Assembly (NCBI GenBank): GCA_964016885.1
Contig: OZ024741.1
Location: 251,224,001-251,288,000, forward strand
Source of the DNA: Eledone cirrhosa
Lineage: Eukaryota
Direction of reading: 5' to 3'
DNA: 64,000 nucleotides
Numbering within the stretch: position 1 is the first letter of the stretch; each line of letters begins with the position of its first letter. Positions 52,322 to 64,000 of this stretch are shown piece by piece. The position numbers were made by a program, and so were the translations under genes. Under the pieces are notes generated by a model, which searched no databases, was not told where the DNA came from, and saw nothing but the letters and a program-made list of their open reading frames with translations.

Positions 52322-53310
52322 CACACGTGTATACATATATACATATATATATATACACATAGACACATGTATACATATATACACATACACACATGTATAC
52401 ATATATATAAACATATACATACACACATGTATACATATATATAAACATATACATACACACATGTATACATATATACATGTATACATATATATAAACATAT
52501 ACACACATGTATATACATATATACTTACATAAATATATATATACATACATACATAAATATATATACATGCATATATATACATCCATACATATATATACAT
52601 CCATAAATATATATATGTATGTATATATACATAAATATATATATAAATATATATATATGTATATATACATATATATATTTATGTATACATAAATATAAAT
52701 ACATATATGTACATATATATACATAAATATATATATGTATATATATATTCATATATTTATGTATACATAAATATAAATACATATATGTACATATATATAC
52801 ATAAATATATATATGTATATATATATTTATATATATACATACATAAATATATATACATATATATACATATATAAATACATACATAAATATATATACATAT
52901 ACATAAATATCTACATATATGTATATATACATAAATATATACATATATGTATATATACATATATATATTTATGTATATATACATACATAAATAAATATAT
53001 ATACATATATATATTTATGTATATATACATATATATATTTATATTTATGTATATACATAAATATATATACATATATATATTTATGTATATATACATATAT
53101 TTATGTATATACATATATATATATATACATATATATATTTATCAATATATATATATACGTAAATATATATATATATATATGAATATATACATATATATAT
53201 ATTTATGTATATACATACATAAATATATATATATGTATGTATATATACACATATATATATATATGTTATATACATACATATATATTTATATATATATGAG
53301 TGTGTATGTG
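52125..53310. repeat. Compound (TA)n / ATACATAAAT microsatellite
   Basis: Direct reading. Confidence 0.93.
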
Positions 53311-53977
53311 GAATATGTGAAAAAAAGAAAAAGAAGTGAGACAGACAGTAGCCAAATGAGAGAAGTGAGAGTTCAAATGGTCGTAAAGGCACTGTGTACC
53401 ATTGGGTGTGGTACTTCCAGTAATAAACACTGACAATATAGAGGTGGTTGTGGTGGAAGCCATGAGTGTTTTGCCAACCCTGGTGGTGGAGTTGGGGGTG
53501 TTCTGGAGAGGGGATTATGGTAGGGTTTTGTGTGTAGGGGAAGGGGTGTTATGTATTTACAAACAACAGCTAAGCATAACAACATACCACAGTGCAGTCG
53601 TATAAAATTTGATGTGGCTATCGGCAGTAGTAGTAGTTCTTGTAGTAGTAGTAGTAGTAGTAGTTCTTGTAGTAGTAGTAGTAGTAGTTCTTGTAGTAGT
53701 AGTAGTAGTAGTAGTAGTAGTAATAATAGTTTTAGTAGTAGTAGTGGCTGTATTATTATTATTATTAGTTGTAATAGTAGTAGTAGTATATTTTGTCAAT
53801 GTTTCCTTTATTAATAATTACATCATGATAATGTCATTCTAGCCATCCTAAGAAAACACACACACATACACACACACAGACAGTTAAATTCACATTACAT
53901 TTAGCATGTATTTCATGGTCACAGACACTTCTTCAGAGTTGGGGTTAGACTGCATCAGTGACCAGGTGGCAAATAAT

Positions 53978-54346
53978 AATAATTTCTGATTTAGGCACAA
54001 GGCCAACAATTTTGGGGGAAGTGAAAGTAGATTAAATCGACCCCAGTGCATTACTGGTGCTTTATTTTATCGACCCTGTAAGGATGAAAGGCAAAGCTAA
54101 CCTTGGTGGGATTTGAACTCAAAACGTAAAGGGCCATAACTCTAGGCTGGAAAGCATGTCATCTGACACTCTACCAATACTGCCAATCCACCAACCTGGT
54201 GACAAATAGTCGTTTCTGATTTAGACACAAGGCCAACAATTTTGGGAGAGGAGAAAGTCGATTAAATCAACCCCAGGATGTTACTGGTATTTTATTTTAT
54301 CCACCCTGTAAGGATGAAAGACAAAGCTAACCTTGGCAGGATTTGC
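53978..54346 (-). mobile_element. Two tandem Meta-like SINEs
   Basis: Reverse complement of the 23085-23305 type copy. Confidence 0.9.
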
Positions 54347-54467
54347 TTTCTCATCAGGTGACAAATAATGAAACAAGATCTTTGACACCAAAAACATTAT
54401 GATAAATGTTAAAAGGAATTTAACCTTTTCTTTTTTTTGCTTGTATATATGTGTGTATGTATGTGCA

Positions 54468-54507
<40 letters not shown>

Positions 54508-54698
54508 AATTGCTAAGATAACTTTTCTTTCAATCTACTTGCTTTAGAATTTCAACATATGATTTAAGATAAAGATCAACTCACTTGCCAGATAAGTACA
54601 ATTCTGAAATTATCAATATTAGTATCATAAATATAACTATTATTGTTATTATTATAATTATTATCACCATCATCATCATTATGATCATCATCCTTATA

Positions 54699-54730
<32 letters not shown>

Positions 54731-55021
54731 TGGTATTAATCATATAGATATTGAGATTGTTATTATCATTATTCATCGAAGTCCATATATATATATATAT
54801 ATATTTTTTTTTTGTGTTGTTGATAGTTTCTGCAGAGCAAGCAGTAGTAGCAGCAGCAGCAACGGAAGGCGGCCCAGTTTGAACCATGATACATTTGAAC
54901 CTCGTAACTATGACAACGTCTTTCATCAGAAACAATGAACAAAACAAAAACAAACATAATAATAGTAATAAAAATAATTATAATAATAAAAATAAATAAA
55001 CAATAAACGAGATTGTTAAAG

Positions 55022-55037
55022 ATATACATACACACAG

Positions 55038-55088
<51 letters not shown>

Positions 55089-55233
55089 TATGCATGTATA
55101 CATACAAACAAACATATATACACATATATATATATACAAATATATATACGTATACATATATATATGTATAAATATATATATACATATACAAATATATATA
55201 TATATATATACAAATATTTATATACATATACAA

Positions 55234-55264
<31 letters not shown>

Positions 55265-55379
55265 CAAATATGTATATACATATACATATACAAATATGTA
55301 TATACATATACACATATATATATATACATACATATATATATATACAAATATGTATATACATATACACATATATATATAT

Positions 55380-55432
<53 letters not shown>

Positions 55433-55544
55433 CACACATATACAAATAGGTATATATATATATATATATATTTACATATACAAATATGTATGTATATATA
55501 TATATATACAAATATGTATATATATATATATATATACAAATATG

Positions 55545-55576
<32 letters not shown>

Positions 55577-55978
55577 CATATACAAATATGTATATATATA
55601 TATATATACATATATGTATATATACATACATATACATATATGTATATATACATACATATATGTATATATATATATATATATACATACATATATGTATATA
55701 TATATATATACATACATATATGTATATATATATATATATACATACATATATGTATATATATATATATACATACATATATGTATATATATATATATATACA
55801 TACATATATGTATATATATATATACATATATGTATATATATATATACATATATGTATATATATATATATACATACATATACAAATATGTATATATATATA
55901 TATATATACATATATATACATATATATATATATATACATATATGTATATATATATATATACATACATATACAAATATG

Positions 55979-56012
<34 letters not shown>

Positions 56013-56155
56013 CATATACAAATATGTATGTATATATATATACATATACAAATATGTATATATATATATATATACAAATATGTATATATATATATATACA
56101 AATATGCATATATATACATATACAAATATGTATATATATATATACAAATATGTAC

Positions 56156-56192
<37 letters not shown>

Positions 56193-56326
56193 GAAAATAA
56201 AAATAAAATTTTCAACTGAAAATTCAGTGAAATATTTTTTCTGTCAGTTTACATGGAATTCATTAAAAAAATGTTTTAATATTTAATGCTTTTGTCTCAT
56301 AGTTTCAATGTTTGGAATATATATAT

Positions 56327-56387
<61 letters not shown>

Positions 56388-56534
56388 CAAAGATATGTGT
56401 GTATATATATATAATATATATGTACATACATATATCCCAATACATACATATACATATATATATATATATATATAAACATATATGTATATATTTATGTTAT
56501 GTTTAAACGTTTGGGATGTATTTATATTTATATT

Positions 56535-56569
<35 letters not shown>

Positions 56570-56570
56570 T
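55022..56570. repeat. Compound (TA)n / ATACAAATATGT microsatellite
   Basis: Direct reading. Confidence 0.93.
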
Positions 56571-57699
56571 TAATTAGTAATATTTGTGGGGGATTCATTG
56601 TTATTTTATGTATGACTTTTCTTTTTGTTTCGTGCTGTAGTTTTGTGATTCATTATATATTTTTATATATTTACTTTTTGTGGTCTCGTGTTCTTGTTGT
56701 TGAAACTGCAGTTATATTTTTTCAGGGAGTTTTCTGTCTTTAGTCATTCTCTCTCTCTCTCAATCATATATATACATACATATATATATATTATATAAAT
56801 ATATGTATGTACATCACACACACACATACACACTCACAAACATATATATATGTCTGTATATGCCAGTGAAATAGTGATGTCATCCTTGAACTGGTAGTTT
56901 CTTGAAGGAGTTATCTCTGATTATGAACAACTTCTGTTTAAATGATCAGCAGTATTCTATCGCTTTGGAATACGGGTTGGCAACTGGAAAATAGAATGAA
57001 TAGGAAATATATATTTAGTTTATAGCTGTTTATACAACAATATATCAGTTATAAAACATCTGAAAAATGGAAGGAATATTTGATGGTTTTATAGTACTCC
57101 TCAGATACTGGTTCAATGTTCATCATATGCCACAGTGTTCTGAAATGGTATTGTCACTAGCCATGTCCAGTAAACCATGAAGCTCCCAATTTTTTACACA
57201 CAAACTACAACAAAATTCTATGCCTAATCACGTGATCATCTTCAACCAATATAATTGTAGCTTTAACAGATACAACATATTTTGCATAAAACAAAGAATA
57301 TCCCAACCTGTCAGATGTGAGACATATGGCACAGTCATGCATCTCTCAATTTCATAAAACTTGTCCTCTCTTTGTCTCTATCTACTTTGTTGCACCCCAA
57401 TGTGCACTGGATTATACAGTATTAACCTGAATGCACCGAAAATATATCTATAGGTTGACTGAAGAAATGGGACTGTCCATTTTTCTGTTGTTTTGAATTC
57501 ACATTCTAAAGACTTGGCCATATGGGCTTTCTTGTGAAAAAAAAAAGAAAAATATATATATACACGTGCATACATATGCATACATACATGTATATATATA
57601 TAGACATATATACATAGACATGTATGTGTGTATATATATGCATATATATATATATATATACACACACATGTATACATACATGTATATACACACACATAC

Positions 57700-57735
<36 letters not shown>

Positions 57736-58867
57736 TCTATATACATGCGTGTGCATCACAGAATGTTTACTACTATTCTATACCTACTACTCAAGAATAC
57801 GTATCCACAAACGCACTTTTGGTTATTCCTATTCACAAGACTTTAACCTAACTTAATCTTTATTTATGAATATTCATTATTAGATGTTGTAGACGTGCAG
57901 TTATTACCTAACACGTCCAAAACATTCTCCCATAATGTACTGAACTGTGAGTTCAAATCTCACTGGATCCTGCCTTGTCTTTCATTCCACAGTAACCAGT
58001 CATGCTCCTTACCAACCCTACAAAGATGTGGCTTTGTACCTTGATAAAGAATAATGAGTGAATGTATGTGAACATATGTCACATTTTATAACGTATCTTT
58101 AAATCCATCAATAAAAGAAAATCTGTTCAGCAGACGTATATACCAAGGGAGGTCACTCGGAATTAGTCTAAGGAAGGTAATTCATACTCGACCAAATGTT
58201 TGGCGTTTTCTGTTAACCAGGGTGAGATAACTCTTCCAGAAAGTATTTGCTAAGGGGAAATAACATCTCAATATAGGAAATAAATTACTACGATATTGAA
58301 ATGAAATGTGAGACATTCTAGTGGTAAAAACCTATATTCATGTGAAAAACATGTTATTCTTAGATTTCAGCTTTAAGCCCGAGATTCATTTAAATAGATA
58401 AGATGATTTAACAAGGTTTTATATAATCTCGTTGCCCAAACTGGGACAGAAGGAACACTACAAGGGAGATAACTTTAATAGCACAAATTTCAAATGTTAA
58501 TCTTCACGTGTTATTCAGGCCCAAATCTGCTCTGATTCGCCAGAAGTTATAACCAAACACATTTTAGCTATGATTCGTGAAATGGATCCACCAGCGTTAG
58601 ATTTTGTCTAGAAGAAATATGAAATTTTCACAGAATTTGGTATATTTGTATGAATGCGGAGACATATGTCTCTTAAAATTTTTGAAAGTATCTTGTCAAT
58701 TCTTTTTAAAATTATCCCTGCAAATGTTATGCTGGAGCATAACATGGTGTATTACATGTTTATCTTTAGCAAGTCGTATGCAATACAATATTTAAAACAA
58801 TTGAGATTCTTGTACAATATAAACTTGTGGATCTGTATTGCATGATGTTTCATGTAATGCTGTTCTT

Positions 58868-59800
58868 TGTAGAACTCAGAACATAAAGGGCCATAACTAT
58901 GCCACAAAGCATGTTGTCCAAGGCCCAACCGATACTGCCAAACCACCACCCTATTAATGGTTTCTGATTAAGGCCCAGGCCAACAATTTTACAGGAAGGG
59001 GAAAGGTGATTAAATCGACCATAGTGTGTTACTGGTCCTTAACTTTATTGACCTCTGAAGGGTGAAAGGTGAAGTTAACCTTGGTGGGATTTGAACTCAG
59101 AACGTAAAGGGCCATAACTTAATGCCACAAAGGATGTTGTCTGACACAATCAATACTGCCAATCTACCAACCTAGATATTTTTAATAATCATCCCTGATT
59201 TAAACACAAGGCCAACAACTTTAGAAGGGGAAGTCAATTAAATCAGCCCCAGTACATTACTGGTGCTTTATTTTATTGACCTCATAAGGATGAAAGGCAA
59301 AGCTAACCTGGGCAGGATTTAAACTCTGAACATAAAGGACCCTGACTATGTCCCATGTTGCCTGACGCCCAACCAATACTGCCAATCCACTGCCCTGATT
59401 TAGGCACAAGGCCAACAATTTTGGTGGGAAGAGCAAATCAATTAAATTAACCCCAGTGTGTTACTGGTACTTTATTTTATTGACCTCGTAAGAATGAAAG
59501 TCAAACTAACGTCAGCGGGATTTGAACTCAGAACGTAAAGAGCCATAATTCATTGCTACAAAGCATGATGTCCGATGCTCTACCGATACTGCCAATCTAC
59601 TGAAGATGTTTTTAATAATTGTTTCTACTTTGGGCACAAGGCCAGCAATTATCCTAGTGCATTACTGGTGCTTTATTTTATCGACCCTGTAAGGATGAAA
59701 GGCAAAGTTAACCTCAGCGGGATTTTAACTCAGACCATAAAGGGCCGTAAATCTTTGCTGCAAAACATGGCGTCCAACTCTCTACCGATACTGCCAGTTA
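58868..59800 (-). mobile_element. Head-to-tail array of about five Meta-like SINEs
   Basis: ACTCAGAA/ACTCTGAA/ACTCAGAC B-box ends near 58874, 59095, 59323, 59526 and 59728; period about 200-225 bp. Confidence 0.92.
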
Positions 59801-59816
59801 GAAGAAATTTTAGTCC

Positions 59817-60152
59817 CATCATCATCATCATTTCATTCTACGTCCGCTTTTTCCCTGCTTGCAAGGGTGGGACGGGAACTGATTCTGGCTTGATTTCTAC
59901 AGCTGGATGCCCTTCCTAACACCAACCTCATTTACAGTGAGTGCTGGGTGCTTTTTTGCCCTGGCACCTCCATGACCACTTTGCAGTGGAATGATAGGGA
60001 TCCCTATCATCTCATTTCTACAGCTGAGTAAACTGGAGCAATGTGAAATAAAGTGTCTTGCTCAAGGAAACAACACATCGCCTGGTCTGAGAATTGAACT
60101 CACAACCTTTCGATTGCAAGGCCAATGCTCTAACCACTAAGCCATGTGCCAT
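59817..60152 (-). mobile_element. Complete tRNA/CORE-like SINE with RTE-type 3' tail
   Basis: Head GGCACATGGCTTAGTGGTTAGAGC..GAGTTCAATTC, CORE-like TCCTTGAGCAAGACACTTTA, and tail GTTGGTGTTAGGAAGGGCATCCAGC..(ATG)n shared with the RTE copies. Confidence 0.8.
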
Positions 60153-60889
60153 CATACATACTATTAAAGGAATAGAGAATAAATAACTTGATTTTCTCAT
60201 TCAGACTAAGGGATCTGTTTCCATTGCTGATACTATTTACAGTTATCTATTTATTAACGCTTAACATCCGATAATTATTTAGCAGAAAATATCTAAAAAC
60301 AAGTTTGTTAATTTAGATGTTTATAGTATTTTTACTAGTGGACAGACTGTTGGGAAAATCTGCAGTAAATTAAAGAAATTACTTCAATTTTTAATGTGAT
60401 AGAATCATAATCTTTTTATATTTTCAAGAATTTTTTGCTAATAGGGTTTGATGGGGTACAGAATGTTAAGAATTAATGTGTTTCTATTATTATTGTTGAT
60501 ATTGATGACAATGAATTTAATGAGGCGCTATCTGACATCTGTACCAAAATTTTCATTTTAGAAAAGTGCCAAGCCTAAGGAACCATCTGCCTAACACTTG
60601 CAAGAGAGACTGAGAGAAAAAGAAAGAGAGAGGCAGAAATAGTATATGAAACCCCTGCATACAAGCTTGTATTCCAGTACATAGGGATGCTCATTACAAA
60701 GTGACAGTAAGAGGCATAGGCCCTGGTTCATAGCTGTCTTTCTTAAAAAGATATGGGCATGTAATGAGTGCCAAAGTAATGAAATATGATATGTGGTTGG
60801 GAGGGGTCAATAGGGATTTGCAATTATTCATGACCCCTTATCATCACAAGCTTATTCCAGAACTTTGTCCCATTATTGGCACAAATTAA

Positions 60890-62743
60890 AAAACAATAAG
60901 ACTGGAGGTGTAGGACAGAAAGCCACTCTTGTGGCAGCAAACTAAACTAAGTAGTAAACAAATTTCTCGGGTTACTGTTTCTGTAGAACCATCATACATA
61001 CCACCAGATTTATTTCTGGGGATAACAAGAAAATCTACTTCCATGTTAGTTCCCAAAGCAGATGATACTGAGGTACCTCCTCCCAACTCTGAGACAGTCT
61101 CAGAGGTGAAAGATGCTGAAGTTCTTCCTTCTAAGAGTACTTCCCCATCCATTGACAATGATGATGAAAAGGGGGCTGAGAAAGATTGGCAGACTGTTGT
61201 AACAGGAGTAAGGAAGGAGAGGAGGGACAGAAATGTATTAAAACAAATACGAGGGGAAACAGTAGGGTTCATTTAAATATGCACTCATCAGAGCCAACAA
61301 CAGTGGGTTGCTTAACAAAATATATGAACTAGACGAGCAAAACCCACACAGTCAGTGGATGAACTCAGAAATAAAGGATTGCTATCAAGAGGTCCTGGAT
61401 GCTAGACTCTTACTTCTAACTGCAAAAATAGTACAGGGTTGCTCGGGGAGATCGTTTGCATGGATTTTGTAAAAGACACATAAGTCATGAAAAAAGCACT
61501 TTAATTGAGAATTGGCATGAATAATCTTGAAATGCTTCTTAATGCATATACTCAATGAATCCACCATTAGCATCGATAATGACTTCAATACAAGATCTGA
61601 AATGTTGGTATGCCCAAATCAGATGATCTTTATCTATTTGGGGTATTGTGTTAGTTATGGAAGACTTCAGAGAATTTATAGTTTTATGGGGGCATTGATT
61701 GACTTCCCTCTCAACTATGCCACATACATAGTAGTCCAACAGATTAAGGTTTGGTGAACAAGGAGGCCATATGTTTGGGGCGATGTGATTGTGGAGATTG
61801 TAACTCATCCATTCTTGGGTCACCTTGGTCTTATAAGATAGTGCAGTGCCTTGTTGGTAAGTATATGATCTTCTTTTGCTCACACTCATTATCCAAGGCC
61901 TTGCAGCCTTCTCCAACACCACCTTATAATCACCAGCATTGACCCTTAAGCACTGAGAAAAGCAGTGAGGAGCTATGACATCTCCCTTGTTGCACACAAC
62001 TCCCAGAACCATCAGAGTTGTTGGAAACTTTGTGCACATGACATTTGAAACATCTTTAGGGTGTCAACAGAACCATCCCTTATTCTTTCGATTGACCTTT
62101 TGGTCCTGATCAAAGTTTTTCACATCAGAGAAAAACCCAAACATTCCAAGCTCTTGATGTTTCAACTTGCTCATTAAGCACTTTATGTTGAAGATCTGCA
62201 TGCACAATTTTTCTGATAGTGTATCTTGAAACACTGAGCTCTTTAGCAATGGTGCTAATTCACTTTCTGTGGTTCTTATCAATATTTTCTGTGCTTTTTG
62301 TACAAATTTGGGTGTTCTGATGGTATTAGGACCATTAGCAGTTATATTACATGTGGCTACTTTTGTAGAATCCCCATCATTGGCTTCCAAAAGCCTTTCA
62401 CAAATGACTGTGCAACTTTCAGGAAATGAGCAATTTCTAAATCCCTAGGAATCTGCCTTTAAGGCAACGATTACAGCGTGCCTTTTCATTTGTTGAGTGA
62501 GTTTTATGTCTGTCATCATTTATCTGAAAAGATATGATAATCAGAACAAGTTATAAAAAGGTTATTAAAAGACATGTCCTCAAAGAACTGAGCAATCTGT
62601 ATATGAAGAGAGAAAGTACTTCAGCCCAGAGGATGTGGTTGCTTTTGTTGGTGAACCTATCAATGAAATACTTATGGGGTATTTTGGTGATCCCTGGAAA
62701 CTATATATTACATGGTGGGTGAGCAGAAATGTTGGGGTGTTCT
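60890..62743 (+). pseudogene. Decayed ORF of unknown function (possibly TE ORF1/gag-like) split by the maT insertion
   Basis: ORF 60929-61276, then a shifted frame 61266-61433 that continues in frame at 62602 once the transposon and one TA are removed. Confidence 0.45.
61434..62599 (-). mobile_element. Decayed Tc1/mariner transposon, maT (DD37D)-like
   Basis: Motifs FFSD(V)KNF, MVLGVV, YQQ(G)TALSY and WPPCSPNLNLLDYYV, with catalytic residues mutated. Degenerate TIRs TA|CAGGGTTGCTC and GAGCAATCTG|TA. Confidence 0.9.
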
Positions 62744-63021
62744 GATTTGACTTAACTAGTGGGATCCCTCCCATGTGTGGGTGAGTATCTAATATTAATT
62801 TTATGGTTTTATATTATACCATGTGTTAATTATTGTATGTTTTATAATACTTTTACACTTATTTCAGGTTTTTATCAAACTTATCTTTTCTATAATGAAT
62901 GTCCTTGCCCCATATCCTCATTTTATATAACTTTGTTTATCCAGCCCCACATGTATGTTTATGTTTACTGTGTTCTGTATGTGAGATCTTGGGGCTAAGA
63001 AATCATCATCATCATCATTAT

Positions 63022-63812
63022 TATTGGTAGTATCGATAGAAAGTCGGCCAGCATGCTCCATGGCATAGAGTTACAGCTCTTAACATTCTGATTTCAAATC
63101 CCGCCGAGTTTAGCTTTACCTTTCATCTTTACTGGGTCAATAAATAAAGCACCAGTAATGCACTGGGGTCAATTTAATTGACTTTCCCCACCCCTTCAAA
63201 TTGCTGGCCTTGTGCCTAAAGTAGAAACAATTATTGTTATTATTGTCAAAATCATTAGAATATCAGACAGAATGCTTTGCTGCATATAGTTGTGGCCCAT
63301 TAAATTCTGAGTTCAAATCCTATAGGGGTCAATTTTGCCTTTCATGTTTCCAGGTTCAAATAAATAAAGTACTAGTAATGCACTGGGGTTGATTTAATTG
63401 ATTTTCCCATTTCCTTCAAAGTGCTGGCCTTGTGCCAAAAGAAGAAACAATTATTATAATTTGAGTTTGAATATCTCACCAAGGCCAGCTTTCTCTTTCA
63501 AACTCAATAAAATCAAGTACCAGTGACATACTGGTGTCAATATAATCGATTTTCTGCTCCTCCAAATTAATGGTCTTGTACCTAAAGTAGAAATCATTGG
63601 ATGGTAGATTGGCAGAATCAGTAGAATGTCGGACAACAAGATTTGCAGTAGAGAATTATGGCCTTTACATTCTAAGTTCAAATCCTGCTGAGGTTAGTTT
63701 TGCCTTTCATCCTTATGGATAAAATAAAGTACCAGTAATGCATTGGCATCAATTTAATTGACTTTCCCCTCCCCCTCAAATTGCTGGCCTTGTGCCTAAA
63801 GTAGAAACCTTT
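63022..63812 (+). mobile_element. Head-to-tail cluster of about four Meta-like SINEs
   Basis: TTCAAATCC B boxes near 63093, 63312 and 63677; tails GGCCTTGTGCCTAAAGTAGAAAC. Confidence 0.9.
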
Positions 63813-64000
63813 ATTTAGACAGTTTCATGTGTCTACTACACCCTCATTTGCCTCTCCATATTCTTGAGGTGTGTGTAGCAGACATTTGAAGATGTACAAT
63901 TATGTATGACATCAGTTTTGTGAGGTTTATTGTTGTTTCTAGTGTCATTTTTGTGTTGTATCAGGCTGTTGATGTTGTTGTTGTTTCTGCTGTTATGTTA

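Noticed and set aside
53903-53942. Minus-strand CTGAAGA..GAAA hammerhead-like motif
   Set aside because: Stem II is weak and no stem I pairing was found.
54833-54937. Plus-strand terminal exon ..[23 protein letters not shown]
   Set aside because: The acceptor is plausible, but the minus-strand reading is equally plausible and no upstream partner exon was found; unresolved without RNA data.
41821-56219. Very long ORFs (up to 1533 aa) of Y/I/M/V/C
   Set aside because: These are translations of TA-rich satellites, open in several frames because the repeat lacks stop codons.
60075-60152. tRNA gene
   Set aside because: A and B boxes are present but the sequence continues into a SINE body, and the acceptor stem does not pair cleanly.

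Overview
Eukaryotic, AT-rich, extremely repeat-dense genomic DNA. The SINE, RTE and microsatellite repertoire is most consistent with a cephalopod (Octopus-like) genome; this is inferred from remembered repeat families, not from a search. No intact cellular gene, rRNA, true tRNA or CRISPR array is supportable, and almost all long ORFs in the track are artefacts of (TA)n, (CA)n or (GGT)n repeats. The real content falls into six groups. (1) A nearly full-length, doubly mutated, 3'-truncated RTE LINE (APE + RT + internal PHD-like finger, 37.0-40.6 kb, minus strand) and several truncated copies. (2) Remnants of an RTE-BovB-like LINE, an RLE (R4/Dong-like) LINE and a Penelope-like element. (3) A decayed maT/DD37D transposon that splits an unknown ORF. 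(4) A non-autonomous Helitron plus piggyBac-, mariner- and Tc2/pogo-type MITEs. (5) Tandem clusters of tRNA-derived SINEs. (6) Large satellites: about 66 x 49 bp, apparently built from a SINE 3' tail; a 14-bp minisatellite; and a 7.9-kb TA-rich array carrying a very large number of GTAAACA motifs. The most notable observations are two hammerhead ribozyme motifs, a concentration of fold-back inverted duplications (one with about 98% identical 257-bp arms whose junctions lie inside a MITE), and a few weak candidate exons of a possible minus-strand host gene. I found no evidence strong enough to claim a new biological system.
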